From IMG/VR virus record IMGVR_UViG_3300031992_000030: a DNA stretch of 64,000 nucleotides; one strand, 5' to 3'. Below the pieces are notes generated by a model. That model made no database searches. It had not been told where the DNA came from and was given only the letters and a program-made list of their open reading frames with translations. Shown here in pieces: positions 9,328 through 20,172 of the stretch; within the stretch, counting starts at the first letter, position 1; each line of letters opens with the position of its first letter. Both the position numbers and the translations under genes were made by a program. Origin of the DNA: a virus. Its lineage: Duplodnaviria; Caudoviricetes.

Positions 9328-10977
9328 TCAATTAGAAACCATTGGAGGGATAAAAGGGTTTTGAGTATAAGCGAGATTAAAAATAGGTCTAATCCCAAAA
9401 GAGCTCAATCCTCCAGTACCAGATTGTGCGGTGACTTCACCTGTGGCATTAACCCCCAAAAATAAGGTATTAAAGGCATTTAATTCAGATATTACATAAG
9501 GGTCTTGACTCAGCGGAGTTGCATGACATCTGTCTCTTAACCAATATCCTTTTCCACAACAACGTAAATCAGGACGTAATGTAAAAAGCGGTAATTGAGA
9601 ACATTCTCCATTTGGTTCAAAATTACCATCACTAACGGTATTTGATGTTTGAATAGTAAAATTATCTTCAACTCCAATAGTTCTATTTCCTGTAATTTGC
9701 TGTTCTGTTGGTATTTCTACATCTGAAGTACAATATCGATAACCAAATTGTCCTAAATGTATCCATTTCCCTGCACTAAAAATACGACTGGTTTGCATAA
9801 TATGACTATTTAAACCAAATGCTCTTTCAATAATTCTTTTTGCTTGGTTAAGTCCTCCATAATTATTACCATATTTATAAGTAACTTTTATAGTTTGTGC
9901 ATTTTTAAATGACGTACTAGCTAATTGATAACCATTAAGTCCTAACTGCCAATATAGAATTTGCTGTCCATCTACTAATATTTCTACTATAGAAGGAACA
10001 CGATTACCTCCAGTGTCAGCATTATAGGTAGGAAGTAAAGCTTGATGTGATAAAACTACATAACTTGAGTCAAATTCTCCGTAAGATGTTTGTACGTCAG
10101 AACTTGAAAATGTTTCTTCAACTGTTTGAATATCAGAATCATTCATATAAGCATACATGAGAATAATTTCATTAAAAGTTGGGGTAATAGGACTAGTTCG
10201 TGGAAAACCATAAACTAATTTATTTCCATAATTTATGTGCCAAGTATTAGAAGAATAACTTATTACATTATTATCCACTATTAAAAATCCATTAACTGGA
10301 TAATGGTCTAAATCAATAGCAAAAATTTTCGTTCCATTACCTACATCGAATAAATATCCATCACTATTTGAATGAGTTTCTGAAACAGATTTATATCCTC
10401 GCATATCGCTCCAAGTATATCCACTCATAGCTCCAATACCAGTGGAAGTAAAGATTTGAGTTGGGCCAGGAACTATAACTTCATCAGGGATGACAGTAAT
10501 ATGAGGTGCAGCATTTCCTTCATAACCAACCCCTCTAAAATAATCAAAGGCGGCTATACGCCAAGTGATCCATTGGTCGGTTTCTTGGTCATAAGTTTTC
10601 CAGAAATCTCCAATGAACATATTGTGGAACTTGTCTTGAGCGATAGTATTCCAGTCTATGTTAGCAGGGTCACCCAAGTCCGCGCCTCTAAAAAAGGAAT
10701 TGTGAGCACCTGGGCCGTCGGGGACTGAATTCCAAAATCCTCCATCTGAATTCAATTCATTAATAGCACCAATTATATTTTTTGCATTAGTTTGAAGTGA
10801 ATCAAAATTTAATACAGAACCTATCCAATTACCCAAGCGCGATAAGGTTAATTTTTTAGATTTATATGGATGTTCAGAACCTTCTGGTTGAGGCGAAGAT
10901 ATTTCTATTACTTCATTTCCATTTAGATTATCAGTTCCTAAAGGTAATTCAGAAATTTTAACATTCTCTTTAGACAT
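9328..10977 (-). CDS. Putative receptor-binding/fibre protein (DUF6273-like), paralog of 7956-9314
   Basis: KISELP, IIGAINE, HNSFFRG, MFIGDFW, WRIAAFDYF, YWLRD, GIRPIFNL. Confidence 0.6.
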   Translation of the reverse strand: MSKENVKISELPLGTDNLNGNEVIEISSPQPEGSEHPYKSKKLTLSRLGNWIGSVLNFDSLQTNAKNIIGAINELNSDGGFWNSVPDGPGAHNSFFRGADLGDPANIDWNTIAQDKFHNMFIGDFWKTYDQETDQWITWRIAAFDYFRGVGYEGNAAPHITVIPDEVIVPGPTQIFTSTGIGAMSGYTWSDMRGYKSVSETHSNSDGYLFDVGNGTKIFAIDLDHYPVNGFLIVDNNVISYSSNTWHINYGNKLVYGFPRTSPITPTFNEIILMYAYMNDSDIQTVEETFSSSDVQTSYGEFDSSYVVLSHQALLPTYNADTGGNRVPSIVEILVDGQQILYWQLGLNGYQLASTSFKNAQTIKVTYKYGNNYGGLNQAKRIIERAFGLNSHIMQTSRIFSAGKWIHLGQFGYRYCTSDVEIPTEQQITGNRTIGVEDNFTIQTSNTVSDGNFEPNGECSQLPLFTLRPDLRCCGKGYWLRDRCHATPLSQDPYVISELNAFNTLFLGVNATGEVTAQSGTGGLSSFGIRPIFNLAYTQNPFIPPMVSN

Positions 10978-11040
10978 AAAAGAGACCTCCTTTTCTCTTA
11001 TTTTTGTTCTTTATAAAATATAAAAAAAATAAGGGGTAGA

Positions 11041-11772
11041 TTACAATAATCTACCCCTATTAAATTTTATAATAGATTTTAATAAGTTTCCATCTTGTGC
11101 TATATAAGTTACATCTTTATTCAAACAATGAGAATTCCAATAGGGAGTATCTCTATAAACATAAGTATGTGATGGATTAACTCGTGGGTCTAAAATGAAT
11201 AATTCTCGTAATTCTTCATAGTCCAGTCCATATTTGTTGCATATATCAAAAAACTCATTACAAAAACTGACCTTTGCGGCCAGCCATGAGTTCTCCATGA
11301 ACTTGACCATTTCCGCGTATTGACTGTCTACGATTCTAAATTTGTGCGACCCATCGTAACAATGTTGCAGGATTTGTTGTACATCAATACAATCTTTTCT
11401 ATCGCCGCCAAGTATTGTAAAATTAAAATCACAATTATTACAATGTTGTGTATTGCCATAATATTCTGGACTAACAACAATATGTTTACCGTATTTCTCT
11501 CTCAATCTATCACAAGTACCGATTGGACACGTAGATTTAATTACATAGATTTTACTATTATTTTCTTGTATAGCATTTTCTACCTCTGTCGTATCCAAAG
11601 TAGTACCCTTCAACGGGGTGTCAACACAGATAAACGCCAGGTCATATTGTTCGCAGGACCTATGGCCGCACCGGTAACCCTCATACTTATCATATACTTC
11701 TGGTTTTAATCTTTCTAACTCTTTATAAAGATTTCGACCGACAACGCCATATCCTACAATTAGAACATTCAT
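11041..11772 (-). CDS. UDP-glucose/GDP-mannose dehydrogenase family protein (short, lacks C-terminal domain)
   Basis: GYGVVG Rossmann, FICVDTP, IKST, SPEY, EMVKFMENSWLAAKVSFCNE, DPRV, HCLNKD. Confidence 0.85.
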   Translation of the reverse strand: MNVLIVGYGVVGRNLYKELERLKPEVYDKYEGYRCGHRSCEQYDLAFICVDTPLKGTTLDTTEVENAIQENNSKIYVIKSTCPIGTCDRLREKYGKHIVVSPEYYGNTQHCNNCDFNFTILGGDRKDCIDVQQILQHCYDGSHKFRIVDSQYAEMVKFMENSWLAAKVSFCNEFFDICNKYGLDYEELRELFILDPRVNPSHTYVYRDTPYWNSHCLNKDVTYIAQDGNLLKSIIKFNRGRLL

Positions 11773-12344
11773 TTTATTTCGCCTCTCTTTTTTCTCCAAG
11801 TTATACTACCTTCTCTATTGGAATTATAGAAATAAAGCAATCTTCTTAAATAGCCTCTACTATGAGGAATTTTACTTAAATCTTTTTGAAATTGAGCATC
11901 TGTATTACACTCAAGTTTTTCATCAAATTTAGGTACTATTTCTCTACGATAAATAGCTTTCCAAATTGCTCTGTTTATTGGACGTTCCATAATTTGCATT
12001 GTTCTGGGGTCTGCCCAACTAAAAAGAATTTCATCTTTCCCAATTTCATCAATAGCTTTTAATAATTGTTCTACATAGTCCATAGAAATCATATCGTCAC
12101 TATCTATAAAGGCAATATAATCTCCAGTAGCTTGTGCGATCCCAGCATTCCAGGCCGCACAAGCACCGAGATGTTCTTTATGTTCTATTATAAATTCGGA
12201 GAAAACATCAAAACGAATTTCATTACAACCATCATCAATAAGAATTACCTCAACCTCTTCTGTCTTTTGGATTTGTAATTCTTTAAGAAGTTTAATTGTA
12301 TATTCATATGTGTTGTAATAAGGAATTATAATAGAAAGTTTCAT
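11769..12344 (-). CDS. Glycosyltransferase family 2
   Basis: LSIIIPYYN, LIDDG, AWNAGI, ATGDYIAFIDSDD. Confidence 0.9.
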   Translation of the reverse strand: MKLSIIIPYYNTYEYTIKLLKELQIQKTEEVEVILIDDGCNEIRFDVFSEFIIEHKEHLGACAAWNAGIAQATGDYIAFIDSDDMISMDYVEQLLKAIDEIGKDEILFSWADPRTMQIMERPINRAIWKAIYRREIVPKFDEKLECNTDAQFQKDLSKIPHSRGYLRRLLYFYNSNREGSITWRKKRGEIK

Positions 12345-12347
12345 TTA

Positions 12348-14408
12348 TTATTCTCCTTCGGGGTTGTAACCATAAACTACAAATGAAGGTGGGATTCCAG
12401 CATTTACTTCTGGCCCTTCTCCCTCTTCCCATGGAACTAGTATCATATTATATCCAGAATCATCAAAAGCTGTAGAACTAACACTATTTGGCGTTCCTAA
12501 AAACTGTAATTTATTTATTTTGTTGTAAGGTAATGTAGAAGATTCCATTAAACCTCTCCAAACATCTGAATTATATTCTCCTGTTACTGGAATAGGACTA
12601 ATACATACCATCCACTGAGGGTCATAACCTTCTTCACTTTCAACTACAACTACATCACCAGCTAAATAAGTTCTAGTTGAATCGTAAACTCCTAAGGAAT
12701 CTGGGAGCCAACCTGATATCAATACAATCTGTTCACCACCGCCATTGAGAATGGTTTTAAAGTTATCATCTTCATAAACTATGTCTCCCAAATTGTAAGT
12801 GGCAGAATCGTCAAATATTCCAACTACATCTGGGTCGTATTGATCATATGAAGACCAGTAAGAAGTATGAGTGTAGGAATCTGGTTCATTACCTGTGGTT
12901 GGTGCTATACAAGTATGTATGTTACCATTATAAACTACTGTATCTCCTATATTATAAGAAACAGAATTACTATAAACAGAAATTTCTGGATAATAACCAT
13001 CTTTCCATTTATTATAATCAAATTCTTCTGGAGCTGTAACAGGAACAATACAAGTACATGCTTTTGCTGCCACACCTCCATTATTAACAATTACTACATC
13101 GCCAATATCATAAGTCCTTGTTGAATCATACAATCCTTCATTTAATGGACAATAACCCTCTGCCCAATAATTACTGATTATACCAGAACCAATAGGTGGT
13201 GTAGCATAACAAGTATAATCACTATGATAATCATGACTAAAAATATAATCTCCAATTTGATATTGGGTTTCAGAATTATAACTTCCTTCAATATATGGAT
13301 AGCTGTTAGACACCCACTCGAATTCGCCCTGATCTTCAGGAGGTGACATAGAGGGATTATCAACTAAACAAGTATAAATTTGACTGTTGTTACTAGAGCG
13401 ATCCATTACCACTTCACCGCTGCTATAAGAATTATTTGAATTATAATATCCTTTAAAATTTTTATAATAACTTGTTGTTTGAGGTTTTACAAACATTTCA
13501 ACACAAGTATAACTTTCATAGACATCATAGAGTTCATTATAAACAATAACTCCATCTCCCTCGACATAAGTGTTATCAGGGTTATATAATCCTACAACAC
13601 CCGGAGCATAAATATTTACCCAATGATCAGAATTAAACTCTTCAGGTGTCTCAATATTATAAATACATGTATAATAATTCACTTCTGAATCACTATTATT
13701 AATAATTACATCTCCTATTGAATAGGTTGAATTTGGATCATAATTCTTTGCTCCCGCTTGAGGGTTATTAGAATTTACAAAAGCATTTATACCAACTTCT
13801 TGCACGCTTGCAGGAATGTAAGAAAACTTTAAATTAGAACAACCATAAAATGCTTCTTCTTGTATCTGTTCAACTCCCTCTGGCAATTCATCAATTTGCA
13901 ACAATTTTTGATTATAAAAAGCTTTTTCTCCTATTATTGTTGGGGTAGTTTTAAAAGTTAATTTATTGATAAAACTCGTAGATACTTCACCATGTGGAGG
14001 AAAGTTGTCGTCCCACCAAGTTTCAGAAACATCTATACTTTCTGGTATATTTGTTTCTAATATTAAATCTTTATATTCTCCACATTCATAATCTAAACTA
14101 CTGTATAAAGCATAAGGCATTATGTCGCCATAACTATCAGCTGAAAGGACAAAACCGTTATCAGCAAATTCAGTAGGAACAATGCCACACCCGGGCACTG
14201 TTCCACCTCCTTCCTGTTTTCCCATTGACTTTTCTTCCCACTTTCCTTCAGTGGTAAAAACATATGTTTTTGAATTTTCAATACAAAATATTTCACTACC
14301 CGGCACGATTCCTACAACTGGAGCCGATTCTATATCGGAGGCATTGTCCGCGCAGAACTTCTTGATGCCGTGCGCAATATGATTTCCATTTTGTGTAACT
14401 GAATACAT
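12348..14408 (-). CDS. Fibre/adhesin with BspA-type LRRs and CBM5/12-like (YxxGDxV...YTC) repeats
   Basis: IGEKAFY, LPEGVEQIQEEAFYGCSNL; about 8 repeats YD/N-x-x-x-TYxIGDVV...YTC...W. Confidence 0.7.
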   Translation of the reverse strand: MYSVTQNGNHIAHGIKKFCADNASDIESAPVVGIVPGSEIFCIENSKTYVFTTEGKWEEKSMGKQEGGGTVPGCGIVPTEFADNGFVLSADSYGDIMPYALYSSLDYECGEYKDLILETNIPESIDVSETWWDDNFPPHGEVSTSFINKLTFKTTPTIIGEKAFYNQKLLQIDELPEGVEQIQEEAFYGCSNLKFSYIPASVQEVGINAFVNSNNPQAGAKNYDPNSTYSIGDVIINNSDSEVNYYTCIYNIETPEEFNSDHWVNIYAPGVVGLYNPDNTYVEGDGVIVYNELYDVYESYTCVEMFVKPQTTSYYKNFKGYYNSNNSYSSGEVVMDRSSNNSQIYTCLVDNPSMSPPEDQGEFEWVSNSYPYIEGSYNSETQYQIGDYIFSHDYHSDYTCYATPPIGSGIISNYWAEGYCPLNEGLYDSTRTYDIGDVVIVNNGGVAAKACTCIVPVTAPEEFDYNKWKDGYYPEISVYSNSVSYNIGDTVVYNGNIHTCIAPTTGNEPDSYTHTSYWSSYDQYDPDVVGIFDDSATYNLGDIVYEDDNFKTILNGGGEQIVLISGWLPDSLGVYDSTRTYLAGDVVVVESEEGYDPQWMVCISPIPVTGEYNSDVWRGLMESSTLPYNKINKLQFLGTPNSVSSTAFDDSGYNMILVPWEEGEGPEVNAGIPPSFVVYGYNPEGE

Positions 14409-14481
14409 TTATTATTCCTCCTTTTGGTTAGATTTTACTTTAATATTAACACTTCTATTTTTTCTACACAGCCTTTTGGAA

Positions 14482-15099
14482 TTATACCGGGACAAAAACC
14501 TTCATACTATTAATACGGGCTGTAGTTTCTGATATACGAATATAACTTGTTCCTTCCGGTATAGTAATAGCAAACCCGTTTATTGTGAGCCGTACACGTG
14601 TAGGTTCTTTATTTGCATTATAAGCACAACAATATTGACTATCCATTCCAGAACCCCAACTCGTTGATGGAGATACATATACCGTATCTACTCCTTCAAC
14701 ATCGATAAAGTCCGTAAGAGACCAACCATTGTAGTTGGATATAGTCCCATTGTTGTCGACATACTTATTTTCTGTGTTATTATCCGGGTCGTATCTATCG
14801 TCCGTAAAGTTTCCACCAATTGGTGCTGGACTGCTTGAAGTAGATGAAAAAGTGGCTTTAACCCATACATCCTCTGTTTGAACAGGAAATACGAATGTTA
14901 AACTATGATTTCCTTCTATTTTGTCTGTCGGCACCAATCCAAATTTAGAAACTTCCCAATCTACTGTCACACTATTAGTTATACATTTATCAGCAAATGT
15001 TACAGAGGTTTCTCCGGCAAAAAGTTTTTCTTTAAGAGTCTTTGTATATCCAGCATATGGTGCTGAATATGAAACTCCATTTTTCATTAAAATTCCCAT
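14482..15099 (-). CDS. Putative fibre-associated protein
   Basis: KNGVSY N-terminus, AGETSVTF module, C-terminal TDFIDV...IPEGTSYIRIS beta-sandwich. Confidence 0.55.
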   Translation of the reverse strand: MGILMKNGVSYSAPYAGYTKTLKEKLFAGETSVTFADKCITNSVTVDWEVSKFGLVPTDKIEGNHSLTFVFPVQTEDVWVKATFSSTSSSPAPIGGNFTDDRYDPDNNTENKYVDNNGTISNYNGWSLTDFIDVEGVDTVYVSPSTSWGSGMDSQYCCAYNANKEPTRVRLTINGFAITIPEGTSYIRISETTARINSMKVFVPV

Positions 15100-15117
15100 T
15101 TATTACCTCCTTTCATT

Positions 15118-16644
15118 TTATGGTACACAATTAAGATAAACTCTAATTACATTCTTGGTCCAAGGTTTTGTTTGAGTGGAAAAAAGACCTGCTTGTTCTG
15201 GCCATTTTGTACTCCACGCTCCAAGTCCAAGTATAAAACCATCAGTTATTTCAGGTTTATCTATATCACAATTGTCTCCAGCATATCTTCCATTTGTTAC
15301 ATAATCTATCGCAGTTGGAAAAAAAGCATATTTTGTATAAGTTACTTCAATAACATTTTTACCCCAATTACTGCTTCGTGGATAAGCTGGGCCTTGTAAA
15401 TAATTTGCTGAATCTTCATAATTATAATCGTTATAACCAGAACTATCAACATTACTACGAGTTAATTTATAGCGATATGTACTGTTTCTATTATATTCAC
15501 CTATCCAACCCATTTTATCGCCTTGTGCGATAAAATGTTCCATACCAAACATTTTTACTCCATCAGTAGTATAATTATTAATTCCATAAAACATTCCCTT
15601 TTTATTTAAATCTCCCGTTATTTGAGATCTGCTTTCACGTCCTGTTCCAATCTTATCTTGAATATTATTTGATTTTAACATTAGTACGGAAAGTAAAGTA
15701 ATAAGAATATAATTATTGAATTGAAATAAATACCATTTGTCTGCTCCACAAATATTATTTAATTGACTTCCTTCTATGTGCTCTTGCATTGTATATTGTT
15801 CAGTAGGCTCTTCGGATTGGTAAAAATCTTTATAGAAATAGCTTTGTTGATTTAAACCGCTTAAACTTCTTACTCTACCAGTTGTATCACGGGTGGGAGA
15901 ATAAATACCCGTATAAAAATGATCTTTTAATTCGCCTTTTGCATCATAAAATGACCAGGCTTCATAATCTTCATCAGCTTTATAATTTGCTATATAAATA
16001 TTAGCTGAAGTAGAACTTGTACCATTATCAGGAACAATTTTATACCAGATTTTTTGACCATTTTGTCCCCATTCCATCATAGCATTACCCGGAAAGTCAA
16101 CATTATCAACATCAGAAGGTGTACCATCTTCTTTCTTGGTATAGTCATTAGGATCTAAGTAATAAGCTACTTTACCACTATATTTTAACATACAAGGTCT
16201 TGGCATAAAAAAAGCATTTTCCCAAGAACCATAGTTAAATTCTCCAGTTGAAAAATTCATTGCGGCAGGGGCCATTCCTACTGCATCTGCCAAGTATGTT
16301 ATACAGTTATCTGGATGATTTATTGAGTTATCTATGCGGTAACCGTAGATGATGGGCTCGACAACTGATTCAGATCCAATATTTGGATTAGTTACTACAA
16401 TTTTAACGTTGTGTTCAAGTTCTCTTGAGAACAAGACCGCATTTAAAGTACGATCATTTATTTTTTTACTAACCAATATCATATTCTTATCAGACGAATA
16501 AAATTTAACAATTGAATCTGAATTTATAAATTTATCAGTAATAGTAATGGTAGATGAGCCGCCAAGAAGAGTTCTTTCAAAAATTTTACTCTTTACATTA
16601 CTACTTCTGGTATATTCTATACCGTTTTTAGTAATAGTTGCCAT
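15118..16644 (-). CDS. Putative tail/fibre receptor-binding protein
   Basis: KNGIEY N-terminus; ITYLADAVGMAPA...RPCML...YYLDPND...NAMME...KMFGMEHF motifs of Firmicutes phage tail proteins. Confidence 0.6.
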   Translation of the reverse strand: MATITKNGIEYTRSSNVKSKIFERTLLGGSSTITITDKFINSDSIVKFYSSDKNMILVSKKINDRTLNAVLFSRELEHNVKIVVTNPNIGSESVVEPIIYGYRIDNSINHPDNCITYLADAVGMAPAAMNFSTGEFNYGSWENAFFMPRPCMLKYSGKVAYYLDPNDYTKKEDGTPSDVDNVDFPGNAMMEWGQNGQKIWYKIVPDNGTSSTSANIYIANYKADEDYEAWSFYDAKGELKDHFYTGIYSPTRDTTGRVRSLSGLNQQSYFYKDFYQSEEPTEQYTMQEHIEGSQLNNICGADKWYLFQFNNYILITLLSVLMLKSNNIQDKIGTGRESRSQITGDLNKKGMFYGINNYTTDGVKMFGMEHFIAQGDKMGWIGEYNRNSTYRYKLTRSNVDSSGYNDYNYEDSANYLQGPAYPRSSNWGKNVIEVTYTKYAFFPTAIDYVTNGRYAGDNCDIDKPEITDGFILGLGAWSTKWPEQAGLFSTQTKPWTKNVIRVYLNCVP

Positions 16645-16645
16645 T

Positions 16646-17353
16646 TTATCCCTCCTTTGTTGGTATGAATTTCAAACCAGTTACATAGTACCACAAGTGC
16701 GAAGAAATAGAATGATTAGTTAAATCAACGAATGTACTATTGTTATAATATAACACTCTCCAAGTATTTAACTGATTATTTATGTCTGAACTTCCATAAT
16801 AACTACTACAAGGTTTCATAAAAATTGAATTGTTTATTTCACATTCATCGTTTGTGGGGCTCGTACAGGTTAAACTAAGAATCATATTAAAATCAAATAA
16901 ATTCAATTCTGTATTTATTTCGGTCCAGCTATCACTTTTTTGTCTGCTAAAGATTTTTGTTTCTACAATAGCACCATTAGTACATTTAAGTCCAATAATC
17001 TGCGTTATATAAACGTAATTGCCCCTTATACGACTTAATGAAGTATCTGAATCTATCCGAAATACTACATGATGTCTAGTATTTATCATATTACAATTTA
17101 CGTATGTACTATTTTCATTTGCTACAAAATCCAATATACCAGGTGTAGCATAAGAATGGAAAATAGCATTGTCTGAACCTGTATCACAACATACTATTTT
17201 AATTATATCATAGTTATGAAAATTATCAGATAAAGTAATTTTTTGTTCTCCTGCAGTACTTTGGTTTTGATATATTACTGTTTCAGAAAATTGTGGTTCG
17301 ATATCAACCACAGATGAGGGATTTACCTCATTTATACATCTATAAAATTTCAT
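16646..17353 (-). CDS. Putative fibre-associated protein
   Basis: ITLSDNFHNYDIIKI motif with internal duplication; N-terminal KFYRC similar to AWFKC of next gene. Confidence 0.55.
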   Translation of the reverse strand: MKFYRCINEVNPSSVVDIEPQFSETVIYQNQSTAGEQKITLSDNFHNYDIIKIVCCDTGSDNAIFHSYATPGILDFVANENSTYVNCNMINTRHHVVFRIDSDTSLSRIRGNYVYITQIIGLKCTNGAIVETKIFSRQKSDSWTEINTELNLFDFNMILSLTCTSPTNDECEINNSIFMKPCSSYYGSSDINNQLNTWRVLYYNNSTFVDLTNHSISSHLWYYVTGLKFIPTKEG

Positions 17354-17498
17354 CTTCTCTCCTTTCTTGCGACAAGCCGGTCCTGAGAACTTTTTGATTA
17401 ATTCTTGAGTGTCTCAGGACCACCGGCCGCACATATCTACCTCCTGTTATGTCAAAGATTTGGTGTATCAAATGGTCACCTTGTATTTTATACCTCCA

Positions 17499-17987
17499 TC
17501 AGTGAACTATTAGATTACCTCTATAAGCTAATGTATTTCTTGCTGTTGTTATCTCTACATCATTCTCTTGATTAAGCAAGTAAGCATTTATAAAAGATGA
17601 ATCATTGGAACCATATACTTTCCACGATATAGGATCTCTACCGGGATAATCATTTGCTGTGAACCAAGCAAACTTTTTGTAAATAGATATATCAAGTCCA
17701 CCTTGACCAACATCAATGATTACATCTGATCCTGAACTTGGATTCCATACGATAGCAACCTTTGATTTTACACCTCCATCAATAAGGGCTGCTCCACTAT
17801 TTCCATCAAAAGTACACGATGCGGAATAATTGAAAGGATATCTATTATCATTCTCGTCTTGAAACTGAATATCACTCATTTGAATATATCCATCAGAATT
17901 ACCTAATTTAGAGATGTGCCATTTAAAATAGCGAAAAACAGTTCCGGATCCTCCGCCATTTCCACCCATACACTTAAACCACGCCAT
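17499..17987 (-). CDS. F5/8 type C (discoidin)-like carbohydrate-binding protein
   Basis: FRYFKWHI, QMSDIQF, TANDYPGRDPISWKVYGSND. Confidence 0.6.
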   Translation of the reverse strand: MAWFKCMGGNGGGSGTVFRYFKWHISKLGNSDGYIQMSDIQFQDENDNRYPFNYSASCTFDGNSGAALIDGGVKSKVAIVWNPSSGSDVIIDVGQGGLDISIYKKFAWFTANDYPGRDPISWKVYGSNDSSFINAYLLNQENDVEITTARNTLAYRGNLIVH

Positions 17988-20007
17988 CGTCCCAAACCCT
18001 CACTTTCACTCCTAAATCTGACGACCTTTCCTCAAAAGTTAATGTGATTTGCCCTGTTCCAACTACCGCTCCAATAGGATTAACACCGAAAACATCGGTG
18101 TAAAAATCAATCGTGCTGTCAGTAGTTATCGAACTGTCAGTTATTGTGATAGACGTTTCCCCTGCTTTGAGAGTATCTACCAAGTCGGTGTAGTTTGCAC
18201 CACTAAGATTTGACATATTATAATTTAATTCGTCAATAGCGTTCTGTACATCAGAAGCAACTAAACCAGAATCTTCATTGTCGTAGAGTATGCTTGCAGC
18301 TTCGACTGGAGGATTTGTCCCATCTGTAATAAAATATTCTGTTCCATTTAATTTCTCTTCTGGTGTTAATGCATTATATTCTGCTTGAGTTAATTCAATT
18401 ACAGCTAAATCATTAAGAGCATTCCCAACTGAGCGATTACCATTGATTATAAGGTCACCAGCGAGTACCTCATTACCTTGCCAATCGAGTGTACGAGCAT
18501 TAGAACGAGCATCATCAGCAGTACCATTACCTATGATTTCAGCATAAGTATCGTTATTATCACCAACATTATATTTACCACCAGCATGTTGGCTTTGACC
18601 TGCGGCTATTGTTCCATGGCCCTCTGAGTGAGAATAATCACCTACTGCTAGTGAACCATTACCTTCAGCATGAGATTGTGCACCAGTTGCTCGGCTTCCA
18701 GCACCTTCAGCATGTGACTGTAAGCCACTGGCTACAGAACCAGCACCTTCAGCATGGGATTGATTACCTACTGCTTGTGAGCCTGCTCCCTCTGCGTGGG
18801 AATCAGTTCCAGTTGCAGTTGTACCACTACCTTCTGTATGTGAATTATTTCCTCTTGCATTTGTGTAATTTCCTTCAGCGTGACTATAATCTCCTATGGC
18901 ATTAGTACCATTACCTTCCTTGTGTGAAGAAACCCCAGAGGCATTTCCTCCTGAACCTTCGGCGTGAGAATTTTCACCAGAAGCGGTAGTTCCACTGCCC
19001 TCTGCATGAGAATCTATTCCTGAAGCAGTAGTTACTCCGCCCTCAGAGTGTGCAGCGGAAGCTGTTGCTTTGGTATCAAGTCCTTCAGCGTGACTATATT
19101 GTCCTGTTGTGGCTGAACTTCCTTCAGAATGAGAATATTGACCCTCTGCTATACTGTTATTTTCAGCGTGAGAAGCTCCTCCTTTTGCTTGTGAACCGTA
19201 TCCTTCAGCGTGTGATCCATTGTTACCAGAAGCAATTGAACTATATCCTTCTGCATGTCCTGCGTTGGCACCTTCTGTAGTTTTGCTCTGGTGACCTTCT
19301 GCGTGGGAATCAGACCCTTTGGCTTCTGTTTCATTATTTTCAGTATGAGTATGATGGCCTAAGGCTTTTGTGTGCATTCCCTCACTGTGAGAATTTGGGC
19401 CAGAAGCAATAGTAGTTTCTCCTTCTGCGTGAGAATAAATTGCTGAAGCAGTAGTAGTGCTACCTTCAGCGTGTGCATATAACCCAGTTGCTTTTGTAGC
19501 GCATCCTTCTGCATGAGAATAATCACCCGAAGCTATTGTACCAGATCCCTCTGCATGGGCATAGCTACCCGATGCTGTTGTGCTAAGACCTTCTGCAAAA
19601 GAATAAGAACCAATAGCAGTATCGGCTTTTCTATTTAAACTAAAACTACCACTACCTGTTGGATTTACCTTATCCATTTTGTCATTAGCACTATTCTCTA
19701 CATTGACCCAAGTGCCAGTGGTTTCATCATATGCTAAAATTTGACCCTCTTGCGGGCTTGCTATTGTGACGTCACTGAGCTGGTCAATGCTAGAAGCACC
19801 ACCGCCTCCGCTGCCCTCGGTAATCTCAACCCATTGGCCAACAGTATTAAGCATATATGTTTTCTTTTCATCAGTTACATATATCTTACTACCTGGAGCT
19901 ATTTCTTCTCCATTTACTTCAACAGGAATGTCTTCCATGGTTTTGCAAATGTATCTTTTTATACCATAGCCGACTTTCCCGCTATTTTCAACTATAAATA
20001 TAGCCAT
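17974..20007 (-). CDS. Long fibre/adhesin with YadA-head-like SHAEG repeats
   Basis: About 25 xHAEG repeats; LTQAEYNAL, YFITD; shares modules with 6650, 12348, 14482 and 15118 genes; start adjusted to MAIFIVE. Confidence 0.75.
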   Translation of the reverse strand: MAIFIVENSGKVGYGIKRYICKTMEDIPVEVNGEEIAPGSKIYVTDEKKTYMLNTVGQWVEITEGSGGGGASSIDQLSDVTIASPQEGQILAYDETTGTWVNVENSANDKMDKVNPTGSGSFSLNRKADTAIGSYSFAEGLSTTASGSYAHAEGSGTIASGDYSHAEGCATKATGLYAHAEGSTTTASAIYSHAEGETTIASGPNSHSEGMHTKALGHHTHTENNETEAKGSDSHAEGHQSKTTEGANAGHAEGYSSIASGNNGSHAEGYGSQAKGGASHAENNSIAEGQYSHSEGSSATTGQYSHAEGLDTKATASAAHSEGGVTTASGIDSHAEGSGTTASGENSHAEGSGGNASGVSSHKEGNGTNAIGDYSHAEGNYTNARGNNSHTEGSGTTATGTDSHAEGAGSQAVGNQSHAEGAGSVASGLQSHAEGAGSRATGAQSHAEGNGSLAVGDYSHSEGHGTIAAGQSQHAGGKYNVGDNNDTYAEIIGNGTADDARSNARTLDWQGNEVLAGDLIINGNRSVGNALNDLAVIELTQAEYNALTPEEKLNGTEYFITDGTNPPVEAASILYDNEDSGLVASDVQNAIDELNYNMSNLSGANYTDLVDTLKAGETSITITDSSITTDSTIDFYTDVFGVNPIGAVVGTGQITLTFEERSSDLGVKVRVWDDGVV

Positions 20008-20172
20008 TTCGGTTTTCCTCCTTTTCAAATTTTTACCTTCATTGAATTTGAAATTTTATAGATATAAGTTTGTATTTTTTGTCCAAATAAAAAAAGGACA
20101 GAAGATTTAAACTCTTCTGTCCAATTTATTACCAATATCTTGTTCCACAAAATTCACAGTAATTGTTTTTTC

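Noticed and set aside
7956-10977. Diversity-generating retroelement targets (RPxF C-termini)
   Set aside because: No reverse transcriptase and no near-identical template repeat with adenine-specific mismatches seen in this window; cannot be excluded elsewhere in the genome.
6650-20007. True trimeric autotransporter adhesins
   Set aside because: HAEG head repeats are present but there is no signal peptide or C-terminal beta-barrel anchor; the context is phage fibres.
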